This document shows positions 39,054 to 49,639 of a stretch of 64,000 bases of DNA, piece after piece. The stretch covers positions 832,001-896,000 of the forward strand of contig CAWCNY010000003.1 of assembly GCA_963797095.1 (NCBI GenBank), given 5' to 3'. Positions within the stretch are counted from its first letter, which is position 1. Every line of letters begins with the position of its first letter. The translations under genes were made by a program, and so were the position numbers. The DNA is from an uncultured Chloroflexia bacterium. GTDB lineage: Bacteria > Chloroflexota > Chloroflexia > QHBQ01 > JADMIH01. The notes beneath the pieces were generated by a model, which saw only the letters and a list, made by a program, of their open reading frames with translations, made no database searches and was not told where the DNA came from.

Positions 39054-40544
39054 GTGAAGAACACCTCATTCCCCCCACGGCGCGGGCCGATCTCTATAAT
39101 TCTATTGCTAATGGCGCTGTTGCTCGCCATGTTGCTCGCCGCGTGCGATAGCTCCACCGCCACGCCCACTCTCGTTCCTGCGCCTCCCACCGCCACCTTA
39201 CCGCCCGTCGCGACGGTCCGACCATCCCCCACTTCCCCACCCGAGTTTGACCTGTTCCCAGGCGCTACGCCCACCGCCCCACCGGATAAAGCGGTCGCGC
39301 CACTGTGGGCGCGTGACGCCGTGCTCTACCAGATTTTCGTGCGCAACTTCACGCCCGAAGGCACCCTGGCGGCGGCCCAGAAGCGACTGCCCGACCTGAA
39401 AGATATGGGCATCAACCTTATATACCTGATGCCGATCCAGCCCACGGGCGAGGTGAATCGCAAAGGCAGCCTGGGCAGCCCTTACAGTATCGCCGACTAC
39501 TACGCCATCGACCCGGCCCAGGGCACCGAGGCCGACCTGAAAGCCTTCGTTGACGCCGCACACGGCCTGGGCATGAAAGTGATCATGGACCTGGTCGCCA
39601 ACCACACCGCCTGGGACAGCGTGCTGGCTAAAGAGCACCCCGACTGGTTCAAGCACGACGATGCGGGCAATTTCGTGTCGCCACAACCCGATTGGACCGA
39701 CGTGATCCAGATCGACCACAGCAAGCCTGAGGTGCTTCAATACTTCATCGACATGACCACCCACTACGTGCAGGCCGAGGGCATCGATGGCTTCCGCTGC
39801 GACTACAGCACGGGGGTTCCCCTCGAATTCTGGGAGGCATGGCGGGCCGCCCTCAAGAGGGTCAACCCCGATCTCTTCCTTCTCTCGGAGAACGACGACG
39901 CGTCCCTTACGAAGGCGTTTGACGCCACCTACGACCAGGGTCTCTATAAGGATGTCGTGCCTGCGGTGCTGGGCAACAACCCCCACCGCCTGATGATCGA
40001 CGCTGCCGCCAATTATGCCTCCAGCGGGCCGTACCTGCTGCAAACCCGCTTCTATGAAAACCACGACCACGACCGGGTGGCCGTCCCCTTCGAGCAGATG
40101 CCAATCGAGGCCCTGGAGGCCGCGAGCACCTACCTGCTGACCACCGATGGCATCCCCTTTATCGAAAACGGGCAGGAGGTTGGCATCACCCACACCATTT
40201 CCCTCTTCGATCCCGACCCTATCCAGTGGCAGCTTGGCAACCCCGACCTGCGCGAGCACTTCAAGAGCATCCTCGCCATCCGCAACGCCAACCCCGCCCT
40301 CCAACACGGCGACATAGTGGACGTTGGCACGATCGTGCCAGGTGTGGCTGCTTTCGTGCGCCGCACCGCCGACCAGCAGGTGCTGGTGGTGCTCAGCTTT
40401 GCCAAGGCCGACGCCCACGCGACGCTCGACCCCTCGCTGGCCCGGCACAAAGGCAAAGACCTCGTAACAGGAGATACGGTCGATCTGAGCGCCGGTCTCG
40501 ATATGACCCCCTGGTCATGGCGCATTATCGAGCTTCTTAAGTAA
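39054..40544 (+). CDS. GH13 alpha-amylase family lipoprotein
   Basis: Lipobox LAAC; DLVANH, DGFRCD, LLSE, ENHD catalytic regions. Confidence 0.9.
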   Translation: MKNTSFPPRRGPISIILLLMALLLAMLLAACDSSTATPTLVPAPPTATLPPVATVRPSPTSPPEFDLFPGATPTAPPDKAVAPLWARDAVLYQIFVRNFTPEGTLAAAQKRLPDLKDMGINLIYLMPIQPTGEVNRKGSLGSPYSIADYYAIDPAQGTEADLKAFVDAAHGLGMKVIMDLVANHTAWDSVLAKEHPDWFKHDDAGNFVSPQPDWTDVIQIDHSKPEVLQYFIDMTTHYVQAEGIDGFRCDYSTGVPLEFWEAWRAALKRVNPDLFLLSENDDASLTKAFDATYDQGLYKDVVPAVLGNNPHRLMIDAAANYASSGPYLLQTRFYENHDHDRVAVPFEQMPIEALEAASTYLLTTDGIPFIENGQEVGITHTISLFDPDPIQWQLGNPDLREHFKSILAIRNANPALQHGDIVDVGTIVPGVAAFVRRTADQQVLVVLSFAKADAHATLDPSLARHKGKDLVTGDTVDLSAGLDMTPWSWRIIELLK

Positions 40545-40589
40545 CATTCAGCTATTCAGCCTGCCCACCACAAACCAGGAGCGCCGCCA

Positions 40590-42392
40590 ATGAGCACCGG
40601 CAACCTCAGCCTCGAAGCCGCTCGCCGCCTGCGCGGCGGCAATCTGCCTCACGTCCCGCCACCCTCCTCCCCCATTTCCACACGGGTGCGCCTCACCCTC
40701 GATGCCCCTTCGGACGCTGCCCCTGAGGTCATCGTCACCGACCCGCGCCGCGAGCACGGCTGGAGGGTGGCCCTCTCGTGGAGCCAGGATCGATGGCTGG
40801 CAGACATCTTGCTACCGCAAGAGCCTACCGTGATCACCTACTATTTCGTATTGCGCGACGGCTCGACAATCCGCGAGCGCCATCAGGTCGAGGGGGAGGT
40901 CGAAATGCTCTACCGCGTCTGGGCGGAGCGCGATTTCCAGATCGCCGTGTACGATCCGAACAACACCGTGCCCTCCTGGCTCCCCGGCACCATCTTCTAC
41001 GAGATATTCCCCGATCGTTTCGCGAAGGGCGACCCCGGCACCGCTAAAGGCGTCGATGCCGAGGGGAACGAGGTTCCTTACATCGACTGGAACGAGCAGC
41101 CACACCACCCGCCCAGGGGCACCGATTTCTTCGGCGGAGACCTGCGCGGCGTCATCAACAAGCTCGACTACATAGCTGATCTGGGCATGACCTGCATCTA
41201 CTTCACCCCCATCTTCGCCTCCCCCAGCAACCACCGCTACGACGCCATAGATTACACCCTGATAGACCCGCGCCTCGGCACGGAAGACGACCTGCGTGAG
41301 CTGATCCGAGAAGCAGACAGGCGCGGCATCCGCGTGCTGCTGGACGGAGTCTTCAACCATTGCTCCGACCGCAGCGTCTACTTCAAGGAAGCCCAGCGCA
41401 GCAAAGAATCGCCCTATTACCGCTGGTTCGACTTTCTGCACTGGCCCGACAGGTGGGTCGGCTGGCTGGGCTCGCGCAACAGGCTCAGCATACCCGGCCT
41501 ACCCCACATGCCTGAGTTCGTCGAATGCCCGGAGGTCGAGCACTTCTTCTACGGCGAAGGGGGCATCGCCCAGCGCTGGCTGGCTCTCGGCACGGCGGGC
41601 TGGCGCACGGACGTCACACCATGGATCACCGACGAGTTCTGGAGGCGCTTCCGCCGGGCCGTGCGCCGCGCCCACCCCCAAGCCTACCTGGTGGCCGAGG
41701 ACTGGGCCAACGCCCCCCAGCGCCTGGTAGGCGACAGCTTCGACGCGGTCATGAACTATCGCTTCGGCTACAGCGTGCTCGGCTTCGCGAACGGCAAGTT
41801 GAGCCCCGCCGAACTTGACGACCGCCTCGAAACGCGCCGCCGCAACTCGCCGCCCGCTTCATTCCACGCCCAGATGAACATCCTCGGCTCGCATGACACG
41901 CCCCGCATCCTCAACAGGCTTGAGGGCCACAAAGAGCGCGTGATCTTCGCCGCTGCCCTCCAGATGGCCTACCCTGGCGCGCCCATGATCTACTACGGCG
42001 ACGAGGCAGGTATTGATGGCTCCTACGCCGAAGATGGCCGCCGCCCATACCCCTGGGGCCATGAAGACCTCGAACTCCTGGACTTCTACCGTACGGCTGC
42101 CAACGCCCGCCGCCACAGCCCCGCCCTCAGCAAGGGCGATGTTACTACCGCCTGGATCGACGACCTGGGCGGCTACGGCTTCGTACGCTCCTACGAGGGC
42201 GAGCGTGTGCTCGCCCTATTCAATAACGGCAGCCGCCCATTAATGGCCGCGATCCCGGTTGGCGCGGAGATCGAGGAAGGCGAATCGCCCGACCTCCTGT
42301 CGCACCTGCCCACCGCGCATGTAGCCGGCGGAGTGCTCCAGGCGACCATCCCACCCCTGGGCGCAGGCTGGTTCCAACTCTCAAAATCGTGA
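40590..42392 (+). CDS. GH13 cyclomaltodextrinase/neopullulanase-like glycosidase
   Basis: YEIFPDRF, GGDLRG, SNHRYD, DGVFNH, GWRTDV, GSHDT, YYGDEAG. Confidence 0.92.
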   Translation: MSTGNLSLEAARRLRGGNLPHVPPPSSPISTRVRLTLDAPSDAAPEVIVTDPRREHGWRVALSWSQDRWLADILLPQEPTVITYYFVLRDGSTIRERHQVEGEVEMLYRVWAERDFQIAVYDPNNTVPSWLPGTIFYEIFPDRFAKGDPGTAKGVDAEGNEVPYIDWNEQPHHPPRGTDFFGGDLRGVINKLDYIADLGMTCIYFTPIFASPSNHRYDAIDYTLIDPRLGTEDDLRELIREADRRGIRVLLDGVFNHCSDRSVYFKEAQRSKESPYYRWFDFLHWPDRWVGWLGSRNRLSIPGLPHMPEFVECPEVEHFFYGEGGIAQRWLALGTAGWRTDVTPWITDEFWRRFRRAVRRAHPQAYLVAEDWANAPQRLVGDSFDAVMNYRFGYSVLGFANGKLSPAELDDRLETRRRNSPPASFHAQMNILGSHDTPRILNRLEGHKERVIFAAALQMAYPGAPMIYYGDEAGIDGSYAEDGRRPYPWGHEDLELLDFYRTAANARRHSPALSKGDVTTAWIDDLGGYGFVRSYEGERVLALFNNGSRPLMAAIPVGAEIEEGESPDLLSHLPTAHVAGGVLQATIPPLGAGWFQLSKS

Positions 42393-42446
42393 CATCAAGG
42401 CTCACTGAGAGGCTTGCCGAACGGTTTTCAACTGAAGGAGAACAAC

Positions 42447-42779
42447 ATGGACGACATGAACGACAACCACAGCGCCGAATCACAAGAAGGACAACCCCAA
42501 GACAAACCTAAAGAAGACCTCCCCGCCGCCACCCTGATCGGGGCCAACATCGCAGGCATCAACGCCGGCCCCTGGGAGGGGGCAATTGCCGCGCCCGCGG
42601 CCAATGCTGCCGAGGAAGAAATCGAGCAGGCCAAAGGGGCTAGCGAAGAGGAAGAGGAAGAGGAAGACCTGGGCCCGATTGACGTGGACGCCCTCGCCCA
42701 ATTCGCGAGCGACGAAGAAAAGAGCCCCAACCAGGATATGCCCACAGGCCAGGGCGGCCCTGATCCGGCAAAAGGCTAG
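42447..42779 (+). CDS. Small acidic hypothetical protein
   Basis: AAGGAG RBS, poly-Glu, coding-like composition. Confidence 0.6.
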   Translation: MDDMNDNHSAESQEGQPQDKPKEDLPAATLIGANIAGINAGPWEGAIAAPAANAAEEEIEQAKGASEEEEEEEDLGPIDVDALAQFASDEEKSPNQDMPTGQGGPDPAKG

Positions 42780-42846
42780 CGCTCTATGTCCAGGAAGCGT
42801 CTGGCGCTTGGTGCGTAATCACAGCTACTAGGTCCTGGTCATATAT

Positions 42847-45800
42847 TCACGGCCGTGATCTTCCACTCCCTCCGCCACCAAAACTGCAGCCTGGAAAGAA
42901 AGAGTTAGCAACAATCTTGGAGGTCTGACCCCTGGTGGCGTTGTTGTTCGGCAGAAAGTAGGGCTTGTTGGTAGGCGGTACACACTCTCCGGCTGGTGGG
43001 GTGCTACATGCGTACCCTCCTAGCACGTTGTGTGAGTAAGCTGTCTCTACATACTCGTAGAATGTTGAGCCAACCGCCACGTCCTCGAATGTGTTGGTTG
43101 GTGGGTTCTTAAGCGTCCACCCCACAGCCTCCACAGCAGCCAGCACGTCTATCTTGGCTATCTGCCCTCTGGTAGCGTTGGAGTTGGGCCGGAAGTACGC
43201 TCGGTGCTCCTCGTCGCAAGGCTCTCCCACTCCACCGCACGCATATCCGCCTATGATCCCTCTGGAAGCCATCCTCTCCACATACTGGTAGAAGGTCGAG
43301 CCTATTGCAACATCCGTGAAGGTCTGGTTGGTATGTTCCTCAGAGAACCCCGCTGCCAGTGACACTATCTTGGATAGCTGCCCACGCGTGACGTTGGTTT
43401 GTGGGCGGAAGCAGGGATTACCCGTCTCGCACCCCTCCGAATATCCTGAAATGATACCCATACAAGCCATGCACTTGATGTAGTTGTAGAATGTCGAGCC
43501 TTCACGCACGTCCGTAAACTGGATCGCACAGGCGGTTGGCGTGGGCGTGCTGGTGATAGCAGGTATTGTAGGTGTACTGGTACCGGTCGCACTTTGGGTC
43601 CAGGTCGGAGTAGAGGTAAAAGCAGGTGTAGACGTAGACGTAGACGTAGACGTAAACGTGGCTGGGGCTGTGGGTGTTTGAGTAGGAGCGCTGGTCGCTG
43701 TTGTAGCCGAAGTGGGTACTTGGGTTGGAGAGGAAGTAATTGTAGGGGTGGTGCTTGTACACACATTTGAGTACCTCAGCACCAACGTCCCGCCCGGATC
43801 TTGATAGCCAACCGCCCATACATCCGTGGCGGATGCAACTGCGATGCCATGCAACCCATTACCCGCACTCCCTGGAGAAGGGCTGGAGGAGACTGACCAC
43901 GCGCTACCATCCCAGTGCAGGATCATGGTGCCGTAGACACTACTGCCCGTGTACTCACCCACAGCCCATATATCGGTCGCCGAAAGTGCATGCACACGAT
44001 GCAGGAAATTGTGCGTTACTCCTGGGCTGGGACTGGCGATAATCGTCCATACACTGCCATCCCAGTGCTCGACTAGGGTGCGATCCTGGTCACCGGAAAG
44101 TTCATCACCTTCGCCTACCGCCCATACGTCATCGCTCGCCACCGCGTCCACCCCCTCGAGCACGCTGGAATACCCTCCAAGGTTGGGGCTGGCCACAGCG
44201 TTCCACTGCGTCCCATCCCAGCGCATAGTAAGCGTTTGACCTGCACAACAACCCCCGTCATACGAAATACCGGCAGCCCACAAATCGTTCGACGCAATAG
44301 CCGCGACCCCAAGCAGCACGTTTTCATAATCCAAGGGGTTGGGGCTTGGCACCGTATTCCATTGGGTGCCGTCCCAGTGTATGGTGCCCGTAGCTACGAT
44401 ACCGCCTACCGCCCACACGTCGTTGCCCGAGATAGCCGCGACATCGGCAAGCGGTGGTGTTGTCTCAGGTGCAGCTACTATGCCCCAACTCGTCCCATCC
44501 CAATGCAATATCAGACCCTCCCCGTAGTCTACGATCAAGCCATGCTCTCCAACGGCCCATACGTCATTTGACGCCACGGCGGTAACCGCCCGCAGCACAT
44601 TAGTGTAGTCGGCTGTGTTAGGGCTGTCTATCGTGTTCCACTGAGCGCCGTCCCAATGAATGGTAAATGTATTATCCCCATTTAGGACCTCATAGTACCC
44701 GACAGCCCATATATCGTTCGGCGCGATCACGGCCACATCGGTTAGATTGTTAAAGGTTCCCTCATGATTTGGACTCGACACTACGCGCCAGCTAAGGCCG
44801 CAATCAGGTGTAGCTGTGGCGGGAATGACGGTAGGTGTTTGGCAATCTCCGCCATAATGTATGGTGAGCGTGTGCGTCCCGTTGATATCTTCGAATTCAC
44901 CGACGGCCCAGATATCTTGCCCATTCAGTGCGGCCACACCGAGCAATTGATTGGAGGTTGAGCCAGGCACATTGGGACTCGGAACTATTACCCACTGAGT
45001 GCCATCCCAATGCTCCACCAGGATACCAGATGAGCCGCCGCTCCCATCGTAACCTACAGCCCAGATATCTCCCGACGATACGGCGGAGAGGGATCGGAGG
45101 TCCTTGTTCGCATCATCGGGGCTTTCAACCTGGGACCATTGTGTACCATCCCAATGAATTACAAGGGCCTGGTGCGGGCTGGCCGTGTCTGAGTAATAGC
45201 CAACAGCCCAGGCGTCGTCTGCTGATATAGAGTCCACAGCATAAAGGTAGTTATGGTCGTCGCTTGTGCCGGGGGTGGGACTTGCGACATGGCTCCAAAT
45301 ACTGCCGTCCCAATGAAGGGTAGCAGTCAGATAGTTACTTTCTGTCCCACAGCAGTAGACGCCTACCGCCCACACATCCGCCGATCCTGAGGCTGACACC
45401 CCATACAGAATGCCCGCACTTTGCCCGAAGTCAGGGACAACCACATTGTTCCATTGCGAACCATCCCAATGTATCGTCAGGAAAGATTCATGACTTCCGT
45501 CCGAAGAAAAACCAACAGCCCACACATCGCTTGCTGAAATGGCTTTAACTGCCAAGAGTTGGTTCGCGTAGCTTCCAGGATTGGGGCTTGGTGTCCAACC
45601 CCAGGACGTGCCATCCCGGTGCAAAACGAGGGTCGAGCCACCCTGCAAACCGACTGCCCAGGCATCGTCGGCAGACAGAGCGCTCACTCCGCTTAGCAAG
45701 CCCGCCACTGAACCGGGAGTTATGGACCACTGAGTGCCATCCCAATGGTCTATGAGCGTGCCGCCATCGACGCCTGCGCCGTAACCTACGGCCCATACAT

Positions 45801-46062
45801 CGTCAGCCGACGTTGCAGTAACGGATTTCAGGTGATCATGGCTTGCAGTAAAATCGGGGCTGGGCACTATCGAGGCAGTGGGTGTACATGTGGCCAAAGG
45901 AATGATGTCATCGGTCCAAAGGCTTGACGAGCTGGCTTTGTTTACAGCTCCCACATCTGCCCCAGCGAGCGCCGTCCCCGCCATAACCCCATCTATAACG
46001 AATATTACGAGACAAAGAAACGCGAGCGGCTCATAGCCGCCATATTGCTTTCGATGATTCAT
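42847..46062 (-). CDS. SLH-domain surface protein with HWDG/DVWAVG repeats (probable beta-propellers)
   Basis: Signal peptide, repeated L..V.A.S..DVWAVG...HWDG..W units, T/P linker, three SLH repeats (FTDV...TRGQ). Confidence 0.88.
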   Translation of the reverse strand: MNHRKQYGGYEPLAFLCLVIFVIDGVMAGTALAGADVGAVNKASSSSLWTDDIIPLATCTPTASIVPSPDFTASHDHLKSVTATSADDVWAVGYGAGVDGGTLIDHWDGTQWSITPGSVAGLLSGVSALSADDAWAVGLQGGSTLVLHRDGTSWGWTPSPNPGSYANQLLAVKAISASDVWAVGFSSDGSHESFLTIHWDGSQWNNVVVPDFGQSAGILYGVSASGSADVWAVGVYCCGTESNYLTATLHWDGSIWSHVASPTPGTSDDHNYLYAVDSISADDAWAVGYYSDTASPHQALVIHWDGTQWSQVESPDDANKDLRSLSAVSSGDIWAVGYDGSGGSSGILVEHWDGTQWVIVPSPNVPGSTSNQLLGVAALNGQDIWAVGEFEDINGTHTLTIHYGGDCQTPTVIPATATPDCGLSWRVVSSPNHEGTFNNLTDVAVIAPNDIWAVGYYEVLNGDNTFTIHWDGAQWNTIDSPNTADYTNVLRAVTAVASNDVWAVGEHGLIVDYGEGLILHWDGTSWGIVAAPETTPPLADVAAISGNDVWAVGGIVATGTIHWDGTQWNTVPSPNPLDYENVLLGVAAIASNDLWAAGISYDGGCCAGQTLTMRWDGTQWNAVASPNLGGYSSVLEGVDAVASDDVWAVGEGDELSGDQDRTLVEHWDGSVWTIIASPSPGVTHNFLHRVHALSATDIWAVGEYTGSSVYGTMILHWDGSAWSVSSSPSPGSAGNGLHGIAVASATDVWAVGYQDPGGTLVLRYSNVCTSTTPTITSSPTQVPTSATTATSAPTQTPTAPATFTSTSTSTSTPAFTSTPTWTQSATGTSTPTIPAITSTPTPTACAIQFTDVREGSTFYNYIKCMACMGIISGYSEGCETGNPCFRPQTNVTRGQLSKIVSLAAGFSEEHTNQTFTDVAIGSTFYQYVERMASRGIIGGYACGGVGEPCDEEHRAYFRPNSNATRGQIAKIDVLAAVEAVGWTLKNPPTNTFEDVAVGSTFYEYVETAYSHNVLGGYACSTPPAGECVPPTNKPYFLPNNNATRGQTSKIVANSFFPGCSFGGGGSGRSRP

Positions 46063-46355
46063 AATCTTCTTCCCTAGCTCCCTTGCCAGAACGCATTACA
46101 GGACGCAAGTCATTGCTCGCCACTCGTCCTTGTAAGCACGCCATTAGAGCAGCCCTTATTGGGGCGGGTGGAAACCATAATCTCGTGGGCATTAAACCAC
46201 AAAAATATGTGATTAGCAACACATCCTGTCGAGTCTACGTGCCACATCCCCACATTGCTTTGTATACATACCTTCTGCACGTGAAATATCCTGCCAAGGG
46301 GTGTATAGTAAGGAGAACGTACTCGCATCTGAAAGGCGCACAAAGGAGAGCAACC

Positions 46356-47834
46356 ATGATAGCAGACGATGTACGAAGCTCCACACCAGACGCCCCCACA
46401 GGCCGGAACGAATACCCCTTCCTCGTAGCGGGCGAGTGGCGCACAGGCACTCCCTACACAGTGCGCTGCCCCTACGACGGCGAGCCGGTGGCAAAGGTGC
46501 ACCGCGCCGGGCCTGACGACCTGGAACAGGCCACCCAACCAGCGGTCAGCTCGTTCGCCACCACCCGCAAGATAGCCGCCCACCAGAGAGCCACCATCCT
46601 GCGCAAGGTGGCCGAAGCGATAGCAGCCGGCCAGGAAGAACTGGCCCGCACCATCGCCCTGGAAGCGGGCAAGCCTATCAAGCTGGCCCGTCTCGAAGTA
46701 AGCCGAGCGGTCGATGTGTTCGCGGTGGCCTCCGAAGAGGCGAGCCGCTTCCGGGACGAGCTATTGCATCTCGATGCCCTGCCGGGCGGCGAGAGGCGCG
46801 AGGCAATGGTCAAGCGCTTCCCGGTCGGCCCCGTGGCCGCCATCACCCCCTTCAACTTCCCCCTCCTCCTCTCGGCCCACAAGGTCGCCCCCGCAATCGC
46901 GGCGGGCTGCCCCCTGGTCCACAAACCCGCCTCCCAGACCCCCATCTCCGCCCTCAAGCTGGCCGAGATCGTGCTCGGCTGCGGCTGGCCCGTAGACGCC
47001 TTCAGCGTGCTGCCCCTGAGCAGCGCCGACGCCGCTCCCCTGGCCGAGGACGACCGCTTCAAGCTCCTCACCTTCACAGGCTCCCCAACGGTCGGCTGGG
47101 ACCTCAAGAAGCGCTCAGGGGCCAAGAAAGTCACCCTCGAACTTGGCGGCAACGCGGGCGTGATCGTCCACTCCGACGCCGACCTGGCCTATGCCGCCGA
47201 ACGCTGCTCAGCAGGCGGCTACTCCTACGCCGGGCAAAGCTGCATCAGCGTGCAGCGCATCTTCGTCCACCAGGACGTGTACGACCGCTTCCTCGCTGAG
47301 TTCGTGCCCAGGGTGCGCGCCCTCAAGGTGGGCCACCCCCTCGACGAAACCGCCGACCTCGCCTCCCTGATCACCGAGAGCGACGCCAAACGCGTGGGCG
47401 AGTGGCTGGATGAAGCGCGCTCCGCCGGGGCCGAGTGCCTGACGGGCGGCTCGTTCGAGCGCGGCGTCATGCAGCCGACCGTGGTAGCCAAAGCCGGGCC
47501 CGAGCTACGCATTAACCGCAACGAGGTCTTCGCGCCCCTGGTCACGGTCCAGCCCTACGCCGACTTCAACGAAGCGCTCAGCGCAGTCAACGACAGCAAG
47601 TACGGCTTGCAGGCTGGCCTCTTCACCAACGACGTTAAGCGCATTTTCCACGCTTACGATCAGCTTGAGGTGGGCGGCCTGATGGTCAACGAGATACCTA
47701 CCTGGCGCATCGACAGCATGCCCTACGGCGGCGTCAAGGCGTCGGGCTTCGGGCGCGAAGGCCTCAAGTACGCCATCGAAGAGATGACCGAGCCTAAGCT
47801 GATGGTGATCAACCTATACTCACCATCCAGTTAA
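46356..47834 (+). CDS. Aldehyde dehydrogenase
   Basis: ITPFNFP, FTGS, LELGGN, GQSCIS, EVFAP; AAGGAG RBS. Confidence 0.95.
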   Translation: MIADDVRSSTPDAPTGRNEYPFLVAGEWRTGTPYTVRCPYDGEPVAKVHRAGPDDLEQATQPAVSSFATTRKIAAHQRATILRKVAEAIAAGQEELARTIALEAGKPIKLARLEVSRAVDVFAVASEEASRFRDELLHLDALPGGERREAMVKRFPVGPVAAITPFNFPLLLSAHKVAPAIAAGCPLVHKPASQTPISALKLAEIVLGCGWPVDAFSVLPLSSADAAPLAEDDRFKLLTFTGSPTVGWDLKKRSGAKKVTLELGGNAGVIVHSDADLAYAAERCSAGGYSYAGQSCISVQRIFVHQDVYDRFLAEFVPRVRALKVGHPLDETADLASLITESDAKRVGEWLDEARSAGAECLTGGSFERGVMQPTVVAKAGPELRINRNEVFAPLVTVQPYADFNEALSAVNDSKYGLQAGLFTNDVKRIFHAYDQLEVGGLMVNEIPTWRIDSMPYGGVKASGFGREGLKYAIEEMTEPKLMVINLYSPSS

Positions 47835-48183
47835 TGCCGAACCTGTCCATAAGCCAGCCAACTTCGGCTCCCGACGGCTGGCTGGTCAGCGGCATCTTGA
47901 TCTTGCCTCCCTCGGCAAGGCCGTTGAAGATCTCGGTGAGCCGAGCTTTGTCCGTGCCTCCCACGGCGAGAGCCATGTTATCGCCCACCGTGGGAGGGAA
48001 GTTCGGATGGCCGTCCACGCCGATGATGAGCACCCCCGCCGCTTCGAGCCGCCAATAGACGATCCGATCCTCTGGACCCGTTTGCAGGTCGAGATTGCCA
48101 CCCAGCACTCTCTGATAAAACTCCATCGCCTCGCGGGCCTGCCCCTGAAAGTTGATATATGGGCTTACCTGAATATCGCGCAT
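47809..48183 (-). CDS. VOC/PhnB family protein
   Basis: PYINFQGQAREAMEFY, LAEGG..MPL, DRFGINWMV. Confidence 0.85.
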   Translation of the reverse strand: MRDIQVSPYINFQGQAREAMEFYQRVLGGNLDLQTGPEDRIVYWRLEAAGVLIIGVDGHPNFPPTVGDNMALAVGGTDKARLTEIFNGLAEGGKIKMPLTSQPSGAEVGWLMDRFGINWMVSIG

Positions 48184-48294
48184 TGTGTGTAGCTCCTCAA
48201 TCTATAATCTCTTGCCGGATCGAAATGCAGCCCTCCCAGGTTCCGAGGCGCTTTGCGCCTCTCCGTCTTACGTGCTGTGGGAGGAGCGCTCCCC

Positions 48295-48354
48295 GTCACA
48301 CGTGCCTGGTTTCGTCCGTCAATATTATGACGAAACATACCAAACAAATGTGAC
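48295..48354. promoter_or_regulatory. Two face-to-face ECF41-type promoters (GTCACA-N16-CGTC)
   Basis: Plus strand: 48295-48300/48317-48320; minus strand: 48354-48349/48332-48329. Confidence 0.7.
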
Positions 48355-48378
48355 TGGCAACTATGGGAGATATGACCA

Positions 48379-49293
48379 ATGCACGAGAGTGTGGACCAAC
48401 ACCAGTGGCTCGCCGAGCAATTCGAGGCCAACCGCTCCCGCCTGCGGGCCGTGGCCTACCGGATGCTCGGCTCTCTCAGCGAGGCCGACGACGCCGTGCA
48501 GGAGTCCTGGCTCCGTCTCAGCCGCGCCGGAACCGGCGAAGTCCAAAACCTGCCGGGCTGGCTGACGACGGTAGTGGCGCGGGTGTGCCTCGATATGCTC
48601 CGCTCGCGCAAGTCGCGCCGCGAAGAGCCTCTTGACGCGCACTTGCCCCGCATACCCGAGCCGATCGTGAGCCTGGTGGACCGCGAGGACGAGAGTGACC
48701 CTGAGCACCAGGTGTTGCTGGCCAACTCGGTCGGGCTGGCCCTCCTGGTGGTGCTCGAAGTGCTGGCCCCCGCCGAGCGGCTCGCCTTCGTGCTGCACGA
48801 TATGTTCGGCGTGCCTTTTGACGAGATCGCCCCCATCGTGGGGCGCTCCGCGACGGCGGCCAGGCAGCTCGCCAGCCGTGCCCGCCGCCGGGTGCGCGGC
48901 GCAGATGCCGTTCCCGATGCCGACCTCGCCCACCAGCGAAAAGTGGTCGATGCATTCCTCGCCGCCGCCCGTGGGGGCGACTTCGAGGCGCTGCTAGCGG
49001 TACTCGACCCCAACGTCCTCGTGCGTGCCGACCGTAGCGCAGGGCCGGCGGGCACGTACAGGGAAATACGCGGCGCGCAGGCCGTGGCGAAAGAGGCGCT
49101 CAGCTTCTCGCGCTTTGCCCCCTTCGCGCAGCCTGCCCTCGTAAACGGGGCGGCAGGCGTGGTGGCCTCTGCCAACGGGCGCATCTACTCGGTGATGGGC
49201 TTCACGATCAGGCAGGGTAAGATCGTCGAAATCGACATCCTCGCGGACCCCGACCGCCTTCGCCGTCTTGCCCTGGAGATCCTCAACGAGTGA
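48379..49293 (+). CDS. ECF41-like sigma factor with C-terminal SnoaL-like domain
   Basis: AYRMLGS..EADDAVQESWLR, IPEP linker, RQLASRARRRV, C-terminal ADPDRL. Confidence 0.9.
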   Translation: MHESVDQHQWLAEQFEANRSRLRAVAYRMLGSLSEADDAVQESWLRLSRAGTGEVQNLPGWLTTVVARVCLDMLRSRKSRREEPLDAHLPRIPEPIVSLVDREDESDPEHQVLLANSVGLALLVVLEVLAPAERLAFVLHDMFGVPFDEIAPIVGRSATAARQLASRARRRVRGADAVPDADLAHQRKVVDAFLAAARGGDFEALLAVLDPNVLVRADRSAGPAGTYREIRGAQAVAKEALSFSRFAPFAQPALVNGAAGVVASANGRIYSVMGFTIRQGKIVEIDILADPDRLRRLALEILNE

Positions 49294-49639
49294 TCCTCAC
49301 TATCCCTCTCGAACCCGATATCTTACTCTCGCTGCGGAAGCAAGTAGGAAGAGGGCAGCCAGCTGATTGGACGCAGAGAATTGACGGAAGAAGCGTGGCG
49401 CGTCATCGAGCTGCGGCTGCGCACTCCACGGGCTTCCAGGCATCCTCCTGTCTGCCGGGCAGGCTAACGGCTCGAGCAAGGATATTTTCGTGCGCTTGCA
49501 ATGTGCTATACTGGAGGTAAGGCGCCGGCTCAGATGGCCGGTGGGGTCTCATGTGAGGCAACGAGTCTGAGGATGGGTGCCGGACGAACGTAGGTAGCAC
49601 GCCTCCGTGCGAGGGCACAATTACAATAAGGAATACACC

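Noticed and set aside
43628-43655. (GTAGAC)n repeat
   Set aside because: Simply encodes the Ser-Thr linker of the SLH protein
49566-49590. Hammerhead ribozyme (CTGAGGA...CGAA)
   Set aside because: Lacks GAAA and a proper stem II
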